DNA of 64,000 bases from Tubiluchus corallicola (lineage: Eukaryota > Animalia > Priapulida), in contig JAQGDQ010000873.1 in assembly GCA_030141605.1 (NCBI GenBank), positions 1 through 64,000 on the forward strand. The letters run 5' to 3'. How positions within the stretch are numbered: position 1 is the first letter of the stretch; each line of letters starts with the position of its first letter. A program made the translations under genes and the position numbers. Below are positions 1-14,345 of this stretch, piece by piece. The notes beneath the pieces are model-generated. The model had not been told where the DNA came from. It worked only from the letters and a program-made list of their open reading frames with translations, and made no database searches.

Positions 1-207
1 ATAACGGAAAAGTTATTTTACTGAGGAAACAATTGTTCTGTGTGGTTGGGAAAACGTTTGACGATCTCATGTGAAACGCTGTTTGTCGATAGTTGAACAT
101 GTTTAACCTGATTCTTAAATGGAATGGTATGTGACGCTCACGCACAAATCAATCCCACACTGCCATTCATAGTATGTGTGGTTATTCTGTTCACTATACA
201 GTTAGGT

Positions 208-545
<338 letters not shown>

Positions 546-699
546 AGGCGACGGAGATTTTATAGAACTTTTATTGTATTTGTTTTTTAATTTAATTTAG
601 TTTAGTTTGAGTTAAGTTAATTTTAATTTATCTTATTTTAACATCTGACAACGATACTGTATGCCGAAACAACCAGAGCCTAATTAAAAATATTACCAT

Positions 700-996
<297 letters not shown>

Positions 997-1654
997 TAGA
1001 TGATATTCGTGGATTTTTGCAGTCCGTCTGATAGTCAGTGACTTTGTGAGTCTGCCAATCAGTCACTTAGTCAGTCAGTCAGTCAGTGTATTTCTTGTCT
1101 AATTGCTTAGGCAAACGGTCTTGCAGTATTATTTTCTTGGCAGAAGTTGCAGTAAATCTTACGCATATGCAACCGTGTTAGTAGGCTGCAATATCACAAA
1201 AAACTAAATGATTCTCCTTCCATATAGAAATCGAGATTTCTTTTTAAATTTGGAAAATTTGATTGGTAAAGGTGAAAACGAATTCTTTAAATGAAAATAA
1301 CAGCCAGCATAGTGCTGTGATTAGTAGCGTGCTTGCCGGACAGATGGAGCCACCTGAATACTAGTCTTGAAAACTGCAACCCAAGTTGATTGCTTTGTCT
1401 GTAACCGCGGAAGTCTATTTTATTAATTGCCTTTAATTAATCATACGGCGCTAAATTTGGCAAATTTGTTTTTCTGATATTTAATGGATTTAATTCTGTA
1501 TTTAATTAGCATATTATTATTGCTCCGAAATGTTTCAGGATAATTGATAGCCTTAGTCGGCCACAATTACGAAGTGAACTTACGAAGGTTTAGGGCAGAA
1601 ACATTTTCAAAATTGATAGTACTAATGCAAAGCGTTTGGTTATTAATGTGTGTC

Positions 1655-1830
1655 ACGTGTGTTCAGACTAGCGAGTTTTCTTGCAAAGTTAACTCGCCGA
1701 GTAACTCGCAAGCATGTTCAATTAGCATCAGAAGATTTGCAATTTCTTGCCCCACAGTAATTCGCAAAGTAGTTCACACTTGCGACTTTGCTGTTACAGA
1801 GAAACTTCGGGATCGCTAGTCTGAACGTCG
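1655..1830. mobile_element. Short MITE, PIF/Harbinger-like
   Basis: Perfect 14-bp inverted repeats GTTCAGACTAGCGA (1661-1674) and TCGCTAGTCTGAAC (1813-1826), with a partly palindromic interior. TAA lies on the right flank, but the TSD is not clean. The superfamily call is inference. Confidence 0.55.
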
Positions 1831-1955
1831 TAAGTTCTGGAGGTTTTCTGCACGATTCTTGCGGAGGTGGCAGATTTAAAACATGTCTTCTCTATTTTGT
1901 TCAAATTTGTCGTTTTGCTGAAGTCCGTATGTTTGCGTATAAATAAGCCACATTT

Positions 1956-1987
1956 CGGTCGGTCGGTCGGTCCGTCCGTCCGTCCGT

Positions 1988-2019
<32 letters not shown>

Positions 2020-2150
2020 CAGTCAGTCAGTCAGTCAGTCAGTCAGTCGGCCAGTCATTAGTCAATTAGTCATGCTGTTAGGAAGTCAGTAAGTCAGCCA
2101 CCCAACCAACAGTCACTTAGTGAATTAGTCATTCAGCCAGTCTTTCAGTG
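1956..2150. repeat. Compound (GGTC)n(CGTC)n(AGTC)n tetranucleotide repeat with degenerate tail
   Basis: Directly visible. A shorter AGTC run lies at 1060-1087. Confidence 0.9.
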
Positions 2151-3344
2151 AGTGAATCTGGTTTCTTGTTGTTTTCCACTAACCAAATAGAATATCAAAT
2201 TTAGCAAATTCATTTCATTTCAGGAAGTAGCTAAATCACCTCCTAGTTCCGCCCGCCTATTTTGTGTTTAACCGTTGTGTTTATTTTATAACTTCCCCAA
2301 GCATTTGTTTACATCTGTTTACATTCTCATTTCATCCGCCAGCTCAGCTGTTATGTATAAAAGAAGCCAGCTTTGTTTACGTGTCCTGACTTGGAAGCCA
2401 TGTACCAATAATAAGCGGCCCCGGGCGTTCTTGTCCTGACCCGGCCGGGTTGAATAGGCTTATAATACGGCCAATCAGCGTGAAGCTTGTTTAAGTAAAT
2501 ACCCTTATTACCCTCTATTTGTAGGAGCTACGTGGCTTTCATATCTCTGACTGCACGAAATGCCTGGCGTGAAGAATAATCACACGGAAACGGCTCACCC
2601 AGTGCGCTAAGTAACATCTCGTAATGAAATCCTGCTTTTTGTAATATAATCTTATCTATTCGTACTGTTGAGCTAATTCTATCGCTACCTTTTGTTATGC
2701 ACCGAATTAAATGAGAAACACGCACACGCTAAAAAATAGAAAATCCTTCAAAGGCTGATTAAATTTACGCCGCGTCTCTAATTCCTCTTTTCATTTTCCT
2801 TCGGCTTCATTCTCATCTGCATCTCTTTTACGAGCAATTAGGGATTACTTGGAGTTAATTTATAGCAAATTAACACCCCTTTCACTGCTCGTCACTAGCG
2901 CATAAAGATGGGCATTCTTGCGCATGTCACGTGACACTTTGATGACAACCAGGCGATTGCCGCCTAGATTATGGTAGCTCGAAATAATGTAGACTTTTCA
3001 GCTTTTTATTGAGGGAAAATTTTCGTTTTTTCATTACATAACTTCTAGAGTGGCAGAATGAATGGATACACATGTTTGCTTCTAGAACTCTTAGACAGTA
3101 GTCTCTTTAATAGCTTTAATCCATCAACGTGCATTGATTTTTCTCACCTGCATAACAGAGGATTCGCCGCACGGTTTTTTACACGAATACATGTTTCTTG
3201 TATTGCAATGCTAATTGTCATTTTGCAGATGCTTTTCAAAATACCCAAATTTAATATAACTGTTTTCAGTAGTGGGCGTTTTTTCCACACTACTTTTTTC
3301 TTTAAAATATTTTCAACTCTTTGTCTTAACCGGGATTTTTCTAT

Positions 3345-3526
3345 TTTGCGCCTTGTTTCCTTTCTCATCTTTTCTGTTTCTCCTTTTTCTTTGTCTTCTG
3401 CTTCCTCACTCTCTCTCCTTCTCTTTTCTCTCCCTATCTCTTCCATCTCTCTCCCTCTCTTCCCCCTCTCTCTTTCCCTCTCTTTTCTTTCCCTAATTGT
3501 TCCCATCTCTTTCTCTCCCATCTCTC

Positions 3527-3571
<45 letters not shown>

Positions 3572-3603
3572 CTGTCTGTCTGTCTTTCTTTCTCTCTCTC
3601 TCT
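3345..3603. repeat. CT-rich low-complexity tract / (CT)n
   Basis: Directly visible pyrimidine tract. Confidence 0.9.
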
Positions 3604-6600
3604 TGCGGCTGCATTCTGTCTTTAGTTAATAATTGCTAAGACTCACAGGGAGCTGAAGCCATATTACAAGCTGAAGCCATACATGCAAGGAGAGCCACGT
3701 GCCAGTCGCGTCTATGTTACAGTGTGTGTTGGGAATGTGCCTGATTGATCTGGTGATTGACATTATCATTGTATTGTGTGACACATGACGTGATCTCCAG
3801 CAGGTCTACAGCCTCAGTACACTGTCCTACTGGACCTAAGATGACCATGTGAACGTAATTGCAATGCTAATATTTCTTAACTACAGGGATGGCAAGAAAA
3901 TAACGGCAGTGCACTGATTTTGTGAAGCTTGGAATGGTTTCATAAGTGTAGACTAGTTGTACGTAAATGCTCAGTGGGGTTTGTCTAACGAAGTCTGATT
4001 CGTACTGCAGCCTTTTAGCGATTTTATTGTGGAATTAGAGACCACTATGCAATGATAAATCCTCGTCTGGAAAAGATTTTCTTTTTTTGGAAACGACCTG
4101 AGACGTATATATGTCCACATGCCTATTAGTGCTTATACTTCATTTACTTTCTGCATGGTTTGTTAACTTAAATTGGCAGGTGTGTTTAATGGCCAGCTAA
4201 TTGTATGATTAACGCGATCCAATTTGGTTTGTCCATTGTTTGTTATTTGAAGTTACAGTTGTGTTTACGTAACATGACTATTAGAAAAATTGTTGTTGAC
4301 AGTAGTTTTGAAATGTAGATCATAACAGATTAGGTGCCAGTTAACCTCCTTGTGGAACTCCTTATATTTTACAAAAACTGCTGTTCCTTTGGTATGCTGC
4401 CAGAAAGCATGAGCTGCCTGGTACAAGTCATTTTGGGGTGAAGAGAGGTACTTTGGGCAGTGCTCCTGGAGGTTTGCGGCCTTGAGGAGGTCTTCACCAT
4501 TACTCCTACAACTGTTTTGCCCTCGCTAACCTTTCCTCCTTCGAACTACTGTCGTTTCAAATGGAAGCAGCAGTTCTATTTAATTTCAGTCTTTGTTCAA
4601 ACAAAGGACAGCGTGTTGCGTTTGATACACAGTGATATATTGATTTGTCAGTAAGTCGTCCTTCCCAGCAGCAATGTGTTGTTTTGGTCGATTTGCCAAC
4701 ACATATTATATTCCTGCAGTCAGGAAATTATCACTTGAAATATCGTCTAGAGGTTGGACTTGCCAAATCCAAACCCTCGAATTGTCGAATCCCTTGACAG
4801 CTCGTTTGTTTTGGATTTAGCTTTGCGTATTCGTCCCGTAATCACCATGTCAGCAGAGTTTAAAGTCGTCCTTCCATGTTTATAATCTCAGCCGTAGCTC
4901 CCTCTACACGTTGTTCTTTATTGTTGTTCCAAGGAAAAGTGCAGGTAGTTACGCTGAACAACCACGAAAAAGCACAAAAATGACGGACATTAACAGCGAA
5001 ATGTTGCACAACCGATAAAGAAAGCAGCCTCTTTTGGACGTGGTGAAGAAACTGAAGACGGATAGAATTTCATATAGCAGCAGTACCTTGGAAAAAAGCT
5101 ATGACACGTTGCTTACTACCTGTGACTTGCCTGTTAGCTTTATGCTTGATATGCTTGAGAAGAAGTAAAGAGACGGGTGTGCCAAGGAAGTACGAGTAAG
5201 GAATACCCATGAAATCCATCACAAAAATTTTCCAGACATGGTTCCTTAGGAGCAGTGCCTGAGACGTACCTATGGTGATAAAGGCATACTTTGTCTACTA
5301 CTGTTGAGCAAGCGATTCTAAGGTATACCCAGTTTGTTGATCCATTTGTTGATGGACTCGTTATCCACTCGTACCTACAATCAGCGGACAAGAACTGTCG
5401 CTTCTGCACTGAATAAAAAGTACTGCCAGTTTAATCGCTTGGGTTGATTAATTTGAGAACATTTCTTGGAATAATAATGCTAATTGTTAGATAACGGGGA
5501 CCGTTAAGCCTAATCGTTAATTCGTATTCCTCCCACGCAAGATCTTTACACTAATTCACTTATTGCCAGACGAATGAACCCATTAAAGGGAAAGAATGGG
5601 CTTACGAGGATGCAAAATCAATTTATTTGCTTCCCCGATGTTCTTTTTCAGTGTTTTAAAATTCGGTTTGTGTTGCCGTTTGCGTTGTACAAAACTCTTT
5701 CTTGAGTGTCGAAGTCACTCCTGCAAAGCTCTCTTACCAATTGACCCGGAATTTTTATTCGTTCTTTGCATTTATGAAACAGAAATGGATCCTTGAAATG
5801 CCAAGGCTCAATTCAATCAAATAAACGCACAAAAGCAAGACAAAATTTGAGAGTTAAAAAAATTTTGCAACTTTAGAAAGATTCGAGTTCAATAGTTCAA
5901 GAGTTTATTTTTCCACACTGCATCAATAGCGTATGCTACAAAAATACAGTAGCTCCAATACAAAACAAAGAGAAAAAGGGGAAATTAATTAACTAACAAA
6001 CACACAGTCATTGTACTGCACATTGCTGATGCATACAGGTTGGACCAAAAGAATAACTTGGCAGACCTTGCTACGTGAAATCATACGTGAAAAAAATATA
6101 CGGCGATAATGATGTACATACGTATACACACGTGGAAGAAGGTGATGAATGAATGACGAACACTGCAGGTTCGAGTCAGACTCCTGTCGGAAATATATGA
6201 TTCATTTGTCACTTGTAGGTGACTTTCTGGTTGCCTTTCTAGGCTTGCACAGTCATAATTGAGTACCAAGTTGTATACTGTGGAAAGAAATGCGACCCAG
6301 CGACTGCCCAACCAACTGTCCATTTTTGACACAGCTTCCTATGTACATTGTAGGCTGTAGCTATCTATTCTTACATTCCGCTAAGATCAACTGAATAGTT
6401 TTTGCCTTCTTTTCCTCTTCCTCTTCCTCATCCTCCTCCTCCTTCTTCTTCCTCTAATAGCATTCGCATTTTTAAGTTAATTATTTTCTACATTGTTGTT
6501 CAGGTCACGCATGTGGATTTAATATATGCTTGAGTTGCCTCCAGAATTAAATAAATTGAGTTCTGACTTTTGCAATTGTTACTTGTGCAATCGTTACGTT

Positions 6601-7369
6601 TGTTACTAGTCAGACGTAACACCTGGCTATTTATTTTTGCTTCTGATGTCTTCTGGCTGATGAATTTGTCTTCACTCGTGCGCTGCAACCCCGAAGGGAG
6701 TTTAACTCGTGGCTGAAATAAATTGGCAGTAGAACAACCTAATTAATGAAGCGGAAGCACGCCTGTGGCTCGTGTAAAACTGCTCACTGTCGTTGCCCTT
6801 CAAGTAGTCGCACCTTCCCTTGGAGCTCTTGCGTTAATTTATCGTGCCCTCCTTTGCCGTACGATGCTATTGCTTCTCGCTTCTGTGATTTTATTGCCTT
6901 CATTATTACATTAGCAATTTATTGCATTAGCAATTTAGTTACCCCGCAATGGCGACTCTGATGACAGATTCGCAAGTTGATACGACTGAGTTTAAAACCG
7001 TTTTAGACACAGTGAACTAGAAGCTCCATTTGCATAGTTTCCACCAGAGGCACTTTTGTCTACCTGCATTGTTTGTTTAAACTCTCATCATTGTTCTCGT
7101 AAGGGTTAGTTAATGGCGTGTTTGAGCCTAGGTTTGCCCACAAGATAAACCTTATTGCTTTATTACTAGGTTGATGTATGAACAGTATCGGTGTTATATA
7201 AATCAAAATTAAGTGTTCCTATACCGTAGTTTATTGTAATAAACTTCCTCGTGTGCATTATCAATACTAGATGTTAGTATATTGCGTCAGTAATAGGCGT
7301 AGATCAGGTATTATATGCTTGCAAGCAAACAAAGTAATGAAAATCGCGTGCCATCTTGATGACCCAGAG

Positions 7370-8655
7370 ATATGACTTCGCTGATGGTTTTTTCAAGTTT
7401 TCTTTCAGGGTGGTATTGTTTCTTCGAGCTTTCTCGGGTGATTTCTGAACATTGCCTTTCAAAGTTTTTCACCTTCTTCCTCAGTGATACTTATTGTTTC
7501 TTCAAGTTTTTAGTCCAGTGATTTCAGCTTTCTGTTTTTCAAAGTTTTTCAGTTTCCTCAATGGTCTTTCACGTTTTCTCCTGTTATTTTTACTTCCTAT
7601 TGTTTATTTTTCACTTTCTACACTGCCCAACCCCCAGCGATACTTAATGGTTGTGCAAGTTCTTGTTCTAGTGATTTCTAGTATATAGCATTCAAGTTTT
7701 TTTCACTTTCGTGCCAGAAGGTGTTGCTTATTGTTTGTTCAAGTTTTTTCTTTTGCGACTTCTGCTACCTATCAGCCAGAGTTTCCACTTTCCACCCATA
7801 ATGATACTTGCTGTTTGTTCAAGTTTTTGCTCTAATGATCGTTTCAATATTGTCTAGAGGTATCTAGGGACACTGTCTCCACTTTTCAACGACTTTCCAA
7901 CAACAACGACTCTTAATGTCTATTCAAGTTTTTGCTGTATGGATCGTTACTATTTACCTTTCAAAGTTCTTCACTTCCAAATATAGCCATATTTAATGTT
8001 TGTTGAAGTTTCTGCTCTAGCATTCGTTACTGTCTACCTTTCAAAGTTCTTCACTTTGCACCTGCAGCGATATTTAATGTTTGTTGAAGTTTCTGCTCTA
8101 GCATTCGTTACTGTCTACCTTTCAAAGTTCTTCACTTTGCACCTGCAGCGATATTTAATGCTTGTTCAAGTTTTTGCTCCACAGATTGTTACTGTCTCAC
8201 TTTCGAAGTTCTTCACTTCCACCTGCAGCGATATTTAATGCTTGTTCAAGTTTTTGCTTCAGGGATTGTTACTGTCTACCTTTCAAAGTTCTTCACTTTC
8301 CACCTGTAGCGATATTTAATATTTGTTCAAGTTTTTGCTCCAGGGATTGTTACTGTCTACCTTTCGAAGTTCTTCTCTTCCACCTGCAGCGATATTTAAT
8401 GTTTGTTGAAGTTTTTGCTCCAGGGATTGCTACTGTCTACCTTCCAAAGTTCTTCACTTTCCACCTGTAGCGATATTTAATGTTTGTTCATCTTTTTACT
8501 CCTGTGATTTCTACTATGTGTCATTCAAAGTCTTTCACTTTCCGCCCCACACTGATACATACTGTTTGTTCAAGTTTTTGCTCTAGTTCTACTGTCTGTC
8601 GTTCAAAGTTTTTCACTTTCCACCCACGGCGGTATTTATTGCTGGTTCAAGTTGT
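7370..8655. repeat. ~81-bp minisatellite, homogeneous in the centre and degenerate at the edges
   Basis: The cctg(c/t)agcgatatttaat motif starts at 8061, 8142, 8222, 8303, 8383 and 8464 (period 80-81). Degenerate copies sharing gttcaagtttt and aagttttcacttt extend both ways. Confidence 0.9.
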
Positions 8656-9135
8656 TCTCTCAAGATCCTTATGGTTGTAGTTATTTGTACCAGCTTGTTT
8701 ATTGTGTTTAACAGCTGTTGGCAAACTACTTGCTAATCTATACAAGCTGGTGGAGTATACCTCTGCTGTGCCCAGCTCTTTAACTGCACTGATTTCTAGG
8801 CATCTTCTGCGAAGCCACATACAATTAAACAGACGTTAAAACTGCCTAGAAGTCAGGTATTACTTTCAAGCTGTCAAAGCAAGTAAGTAGTACAAAAGAG
8901 TAAACCTTACGTTTTACATTATTTAATGATCTGTCAAGTGTTTTTTTTGTGATTTTTTGGGAAACAGCAACAGTTTAGCTATTTTATTGGACAATTGTAT
9001 TTACATTTACGCCTTTTCAGGGATTTGCAAGGCTGTTATTCCGAGAAATAACACTTTAGTGCTGTGACGTTTTGGATGGCGGTTTTTCATTTGGTCCTTT
9101 AAAGTTCACAATTCCCCACACAATTAAAGCACCGC

Positions 9136-9186
9136 CTAGCCCTAACTGTAACCCTAACCCTAACCCAACCCTAACCCTAATTCTAA
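9136..9186. repeat. Short interstitial telomere-like (CCCTAA)n tract
   Basis: cctagccctaactgtaaccctaaccctaacccaaccctaaccctaattctaa. Confidence 0.7.
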
Positions 9187-10831
9187 TCTGCTTCACAAGC
9201 TAACTTCTTGTTAGAGGGCAATTATAAACATCAGCCAAAGTTTTTTTCTTAATTTTTCGCCCTGCCATTTATTACGCTGATTGATTGAGTCATACTCATT
9301 CACTAATTTACCGACTATTCTACTGGTAGGTCGTTTGTCTGGTAGGTACTATGAATATCTAACGTTTGGTTGCAGCTTCGAGTTTTACAGTTCTTTAGCT
9401 GCAAGCTTGTTGCAATTTGTTTTGACTCACTGACTCGCGCCGAGTGTTTTGAAGTCTGAGGTCTTGGAAATTATTTCCAGCATTAGCCGTTTATTTGCCA
9501 TTAATTTAATGTCCTTGGCTGACCTTTGCAGTCACATCTTCTTGCGGATCTATAGAGTAGATCATTTCAAGTTGTCTTCTTGAACTTCAAGGTCTTTATC
9601 TTGTAATAAATCACACACTGGCAATTTTGTTTGCATAATAATCGTATTTAGGAAGTGGACGGCATAATAGTTCCTGGCTTTTCGAATCTTTTCTCAACGC
9701 TAAATTACCAAATCTAGAATTCAATGGAAGTGCTCTATCGTAAGAGACTGATTATTGATAATACATTTTTCAGTCCCTCTGTTCTTTTGTACTGGTTAGT
9801 CAGATCATATATGTTAGGAAACTTTCAGTTTATTTCAGTAACCGCTTCTCCTTTAGTACTTCCTCGGGTCATGAATATTCATGTCAGAGTGTAGGCTCGT
9901 CTTCTAAAACGGTTCCATATATTTCTGTTTTGCATTCTCAAGTGACTCACCACGTACTTATCTATCTGTTACCACTCACTTCTTGTTCTAGATCTTGTAG
10001 CAAAAAGATTCATGCAGTTCATATTTTTTTAACACCTTTATGGATAGTTTGGTTGCAAGCTTTGAGAGAGTATGGTCTATCAGATATTCTATTCTTTGTT
10101 AGAAGACCAATAGAATTTTCATTTTAAGGAAAGAAGGATAAGAAAAGGCAAGGATTAGTAGGCTGTCATTTGCAATTATTGGTCGTATTTTTGACTGCTG
10201 ATATGTTAAGATAAGACATAATTATGTATGTTTAAATAACTGTAATGCTTGCTGAGTCGATGGAGATAGTCACTCTAAGCACCAACTGGAAAGACTGGAC
10301 TTTTTTGACAATCTTGGCATCAGACATGTAATTTAAAGAGTCCTGGTTTCAAATTTGCGCTCAGTTCCGGTTTTTCCTTCCGTTTGAGGTCAAGCTTAGT
10401 TTCAGAAATTCAACATACGTTGGTTTTTCTCTTCGCCCTTAAACTTGGCCAATATAATTTTACATGTACCAGTTTCCCATTTTTCTTTGCAATCACTTGT
10501 CGTCTAACGAATGTTTCACTTAATTTTCAAAGGGCTATGGCACCATTGCAATTTATTGCTTTGCAAGATTTATGCTTCACTCAGTGCTTAATGCCTATAG
10601 AGGATTTTCTTTGAAACTAATTTAGTTAATCCCTGTTGAAAGTGCACTCCAAGTACGCTCATTACTCAAGAAGCTGGCGCTGCAGGGCATCCCTTTTACA
10701 AACATTCCCTTGAAAGCATGTAGTCTTCTTATTTTGAGGAGCACAGGTTTATATAATGCTTATGGCTGCAAAGAGTTCTTGGAAAACCAACAATAAAGGT
10801 TATTAATATGTCACAAGTTCGTTATTATGTA

Positions 10832-11147
10832 TTATATTAATATTCTTGGTATATATATATATTTATTTATATATATATAAGATTCGAGGCTACAGCTTCG
10901 ACGAGGGCACCATTTGCGGCGATCTATACATCAAACGAAAGGTCTCGATCTAGTGTCGTCTCATTGATGGTTTATTTTTCGAATCGGTCCCACCGGGAGG
11001 AAGGGGGGGGGCGAAAAACCTCCAAAAATGGGCCATTTTTCGGCCGTTTTTTGCAAAAGTTATACGGCTGAGATGTAGAGAACGGGAATGGGCCGAGGGT
11101 GGTGCTGGGTATGGATAGATAGCCCGTTCAGCGTGGGTGTAGTAGGC
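10832..11147 (+). mobile_element. Interspersed repeat family X, copy 1 (non-autonomous, Helitron-like)
   Basis: Near-identical to 59534-59837 (+) and to the reverse complement of 31973-32310. It shares the 5' TTATATTAATATTCTTGGTAT end and an internal TA-rich tract. Confidence 0.8.
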
Positions 11148-12386
11148 ATATCACATATTAATTTGTCACAATCAAGTAATCATTTTTGTTATTTCTTCCA
11201 CCCTCACACATTGTACTTTGCAGTATTCGTTGACTTCGAATCGAAAGGAGTGCACCACAAAAGAGTAATTTTACTTCCTTCCCTTTTGGATATAAATTTC
11301 TTTATTTATATCTTCCACTACGAGATTGTTATTGTTTCTGTGACATTATCTCACTTCACGAAATTGTTCACCTCCCACTATAATAAGTCTGATTTGTACG
11401 GAATTGGATAACATTTATTCGACTATGAGTCAAGTCCAGTGTCTCATTCGACTCTGAGTCTCTGTTCTCCATTCACGTGAGTCTGCTCCAATGACGAATT
11501 TTCTTAATTGTCAAACTCAATTTTATAAATGGCCAGTTATTATGGATCAACTAAATTAGCTGCATACTTCGGGTTTTACCACTTGTCGTTAGTTCATAAT
11601 AGTTTGGACTGTTTAGTGGAACTATTCAGACTTAAGATAATTTTGCTTGTTCAATAGTTCCAATGGTATGCGTCTCCAGACAGATTGATGTTGTTTACAA
11701 TATTTTTTAATCAACAGCTTGGCTATTCAGTTAGAACTATCAACAGACCTGTTTGCACTCGCATGTTCACCATCATTTCACCTCTGGTGCTGAAATTGGC
11801 TTTTCATTTAGACCACCCGCATGTTTACATTAAGTGGTTGTTTAACTGCATTGATTCGCCATTTCTCCCGTCGCTGATTTATGGCAAATATATGTCGGTT
11901 TGTGTGCATTTCTCTTCGGCATTCTATTTTAAATCAAAATAAACCAGTTCAACTGGCGATAATCACATGGGGCTCATTAGCTGAGGAAGGAAAACGCGTG
12001 GTTGTTGGGGGGTTTAGGGGGTTTCCTAGCAAATGTGGACTGCACTGGTTTTTAGTGTTAATAATAATAATTCTATCGAGTTTTTCGCGGGCTCTTTCAG
12101 GTTTGTGATACGCTGTTAACTCCCAGAGGATCACCACGCTAAAATGGGACTTGGGACCACGTGAGGTTCCCACTTTACGGTGGCTTATGTTTACTTTCCC
12201 AAAATTAACGACACATTTTTTTAGAAATTTGTCAATAACATGAGAAGTTTTTAGTTCAGACGTCTTATTTAGGATCATTTTGCTGGTATAAAAAATTGGT
12301 GATGGTCGTTAACTGAAAGTAGACCATTAGTGTTGCATCAATAGTATTTGTCGCTATGAATTTTGGAGATGTATGTCAACTGTTAA

Positions 12387-12830
12387 CAGGGGCGGAACTA
12401 GGGGGAGCGAGGGGCGCGCGCGCCCCCCTTGTCAAAATTTGCGCTCCCCCTGCAAAATCGGACAAATGATTTTTTTGCAGTGAAAATTGCAGTTCGCATG
12501 TAATCATTTTCAATATGAATTAGAATTAGGTAAAAAAATTAGGTTTGGTAGCTTCAGTGTATTATTTTCTTAAAACTTGTGTGTGATAAATTACTGTAAA
12601 TAACAATTTAGTTAGAGGCGCATTAATAACATCAGGTTAACTGAGAGTTAATTTTCTCATTATTGCTCTGTCCGCTACGCCGTCCTACACACGCTAATTA
12701 TAGGCCTGCATGCAGTATAAAAGGGGTTAAAATTGGCTTAACCATTATTTAACCACTTCGGATACGTCGCCCCCCCCCCAGAAAATTTTTGCGCCCCCCC
12801 CCCTGCTTGCCACATCTAGTTCCGGCCCTG
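12387..12830. mobile_element. hAT-type MITE (444 bp)
   Basis: TIRs CAGGGGCGGAACTAG / CTAGTTCCGGCCCTG (one mismatch). 8-bp TSD ACTGTTAA (12379-86) / ACTATTAA (12831-38). An 8-bp TSD is diagnostic of hAT. Confidence 0.88.
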
Positions 12831-13419
12831 ACTATTAACCCACTTTAGGTGAATTAACATTTTTTGCATGCAAATATCATGTAGATGGAAATCTTAATCG
12901 TCATTATGTCACACTGATATGTTTAATATGTTTCTAGTCTGGCAGTACACAATTCCTTCAGTTGTTAATTTATTTTTTCCAATGTGCAATAAAATGGCTT
13001 CATTTACTCTGCCATAAGTTGGTTAACATTGATTTTATGGTTTGTAGTAAATCTCACTGAAGAGTAAACATAAGTCTTTTCCTTGATTTCTTCCCGGTTG
13101 CCTGTAGCAGCCTCTAGTATCCCATCTACTGGGAATCTTGTGTAAACGTACTTTCGCGCAATTTCGTCCTTCGTGTTTTTGGCAAACATAACCACTGATT
13201 GATTTGTCAGGCTTGAATGTCTTGGCGGTCAAGCTGGGTTTGCTTATTTGCTCGGGACGTTTACAGTTCATGGTTTCTTCATTTTAGGTCAGAGTGGGTT
13301 AAGCTTTAGAGTTCTCTGCGTTTTGAGTAATTCCATAGGCGAAATTCGTTGATGCTGTAAGCCTGCTGGTGGCAAGGTTGATGAAGTAATGTGATAGTGT
13401 AGTTGCTAATGCTGCGAGT

Positions 13420-13682
13420 ACAATGTGATGATGTGGATGGTGTCTGATGTAACGCGATAGGTTGTGACATTGATGACGGTGATGATGATGGTGATGATGT
13501 GGTGGTGATGATGATGATGACGATGATGTTGATGATGAAGATGATGATGTTGATGAGGATTTTGATGATGGTGGTGGTGATGATGATAATGACGATGATG
13601 GTGATGTGGTGGTGGTGGTGATGATAATGATGATGTTGATGAGGATAATGATGGTGGTGGTAATGGCGATGACGATGATAGC
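13420..13682. repeat. (GAT)n/(GGT)n trinucleotide low-complexity tract
   Basis: Directly visible. Confidence 0.9.
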
Positions 13683-14014
13683 GTTAAGCAAAAAATGGTT
13701 TGTCTGATACACAATAATGGACAAACTGGTGATGTTTCGTAGTTATTGATAAAAACCGTGACTGCACTGATGCTGTCCACCTTAGATGTCTCTTAGATGA
13801 TGTCAAGAAACTGTCTATAACACTACACTGCAGCCGTATTTGGTGAAGGAGTTTATTAATAGACCTTTATTGTTGCAGTGGCGCATGTGCTAGTCGTGTG
13901 TCTTAATTAGTGACGCTCATAAAGTACCATTAAAGAGCTTTGTGTGAAAATTTTCCGGACAAAAGTTTCCTCAGAAGGCTGGTCACTTGACGGTGGCATG
14001 CGTGTGTTGTAGTT

Positions 14015-14345
14015 GACTACGTCATTAATGTATCCTTATTACGTCATTATTTGACGTGATAGTGTTACTGTGAAAGGTTAGTCATAATCCAGTTTTACGT
14101 CATTGCACATCGTCACTACTTTAATACTGGAAGTGATGTTGCTTCAGAAATGCAGAAAGTCTTTGTGTACATCAAGCGAAGGCCATGGTGATATCCGTAA
14201 CCAAACAGTGATATTGCCATAGCAACGCGGGGAACTTGTTCTTGGCTCGTCGCTAGATGATTACGTCATTGCAGCGTCATCGCTACGTCATCACAACTGT
14301 GTCGTCACCCGGCATGCATCAATTGTGGTCGTGTGACGTAGCATG
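14015..14345. promoter_or_regulatory. Putative enhancer/promoter: cluster of CRE-like sites plus an RFX X-box-like motif
   Basis: Seven ACGTCA/TGACGT hexamers near 14018, 14039, 14052, 14095, 14261, 14284 and 14334. ATTGCCATAGCAAC at 14213-14226 resembles the X-box. The region is locally CpG-rich. Confidence 0.35.

Noticed and set aside
5040-5410. Possible decayed hAT transposase C-terminus
   Set aside because: There is only a faint HxKxFP resemblance, and the key PATS/SERxFS motif was not found.
7996-8680. Repeat ORFs in the 81-bp minisatellite; possible CRISPR-like array
   Set aside because: Units alternate between 80 and 81 bp, which breaks the frame. There are no unique spacers and no cas genes, and the context is eukaryotic.
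9136-9186. True telomere or chromosome fusion site
   Set aside because: It has only a few imperfect CCCTAA units in one orientation. Such tracts are common inside transposon remnants.
13299-13780. Poly-His/Ser ORFs
   Set aside because: They are read-throughs of a (GAT/GGT)n tract. Several frames are open, as expected for simple repeats.
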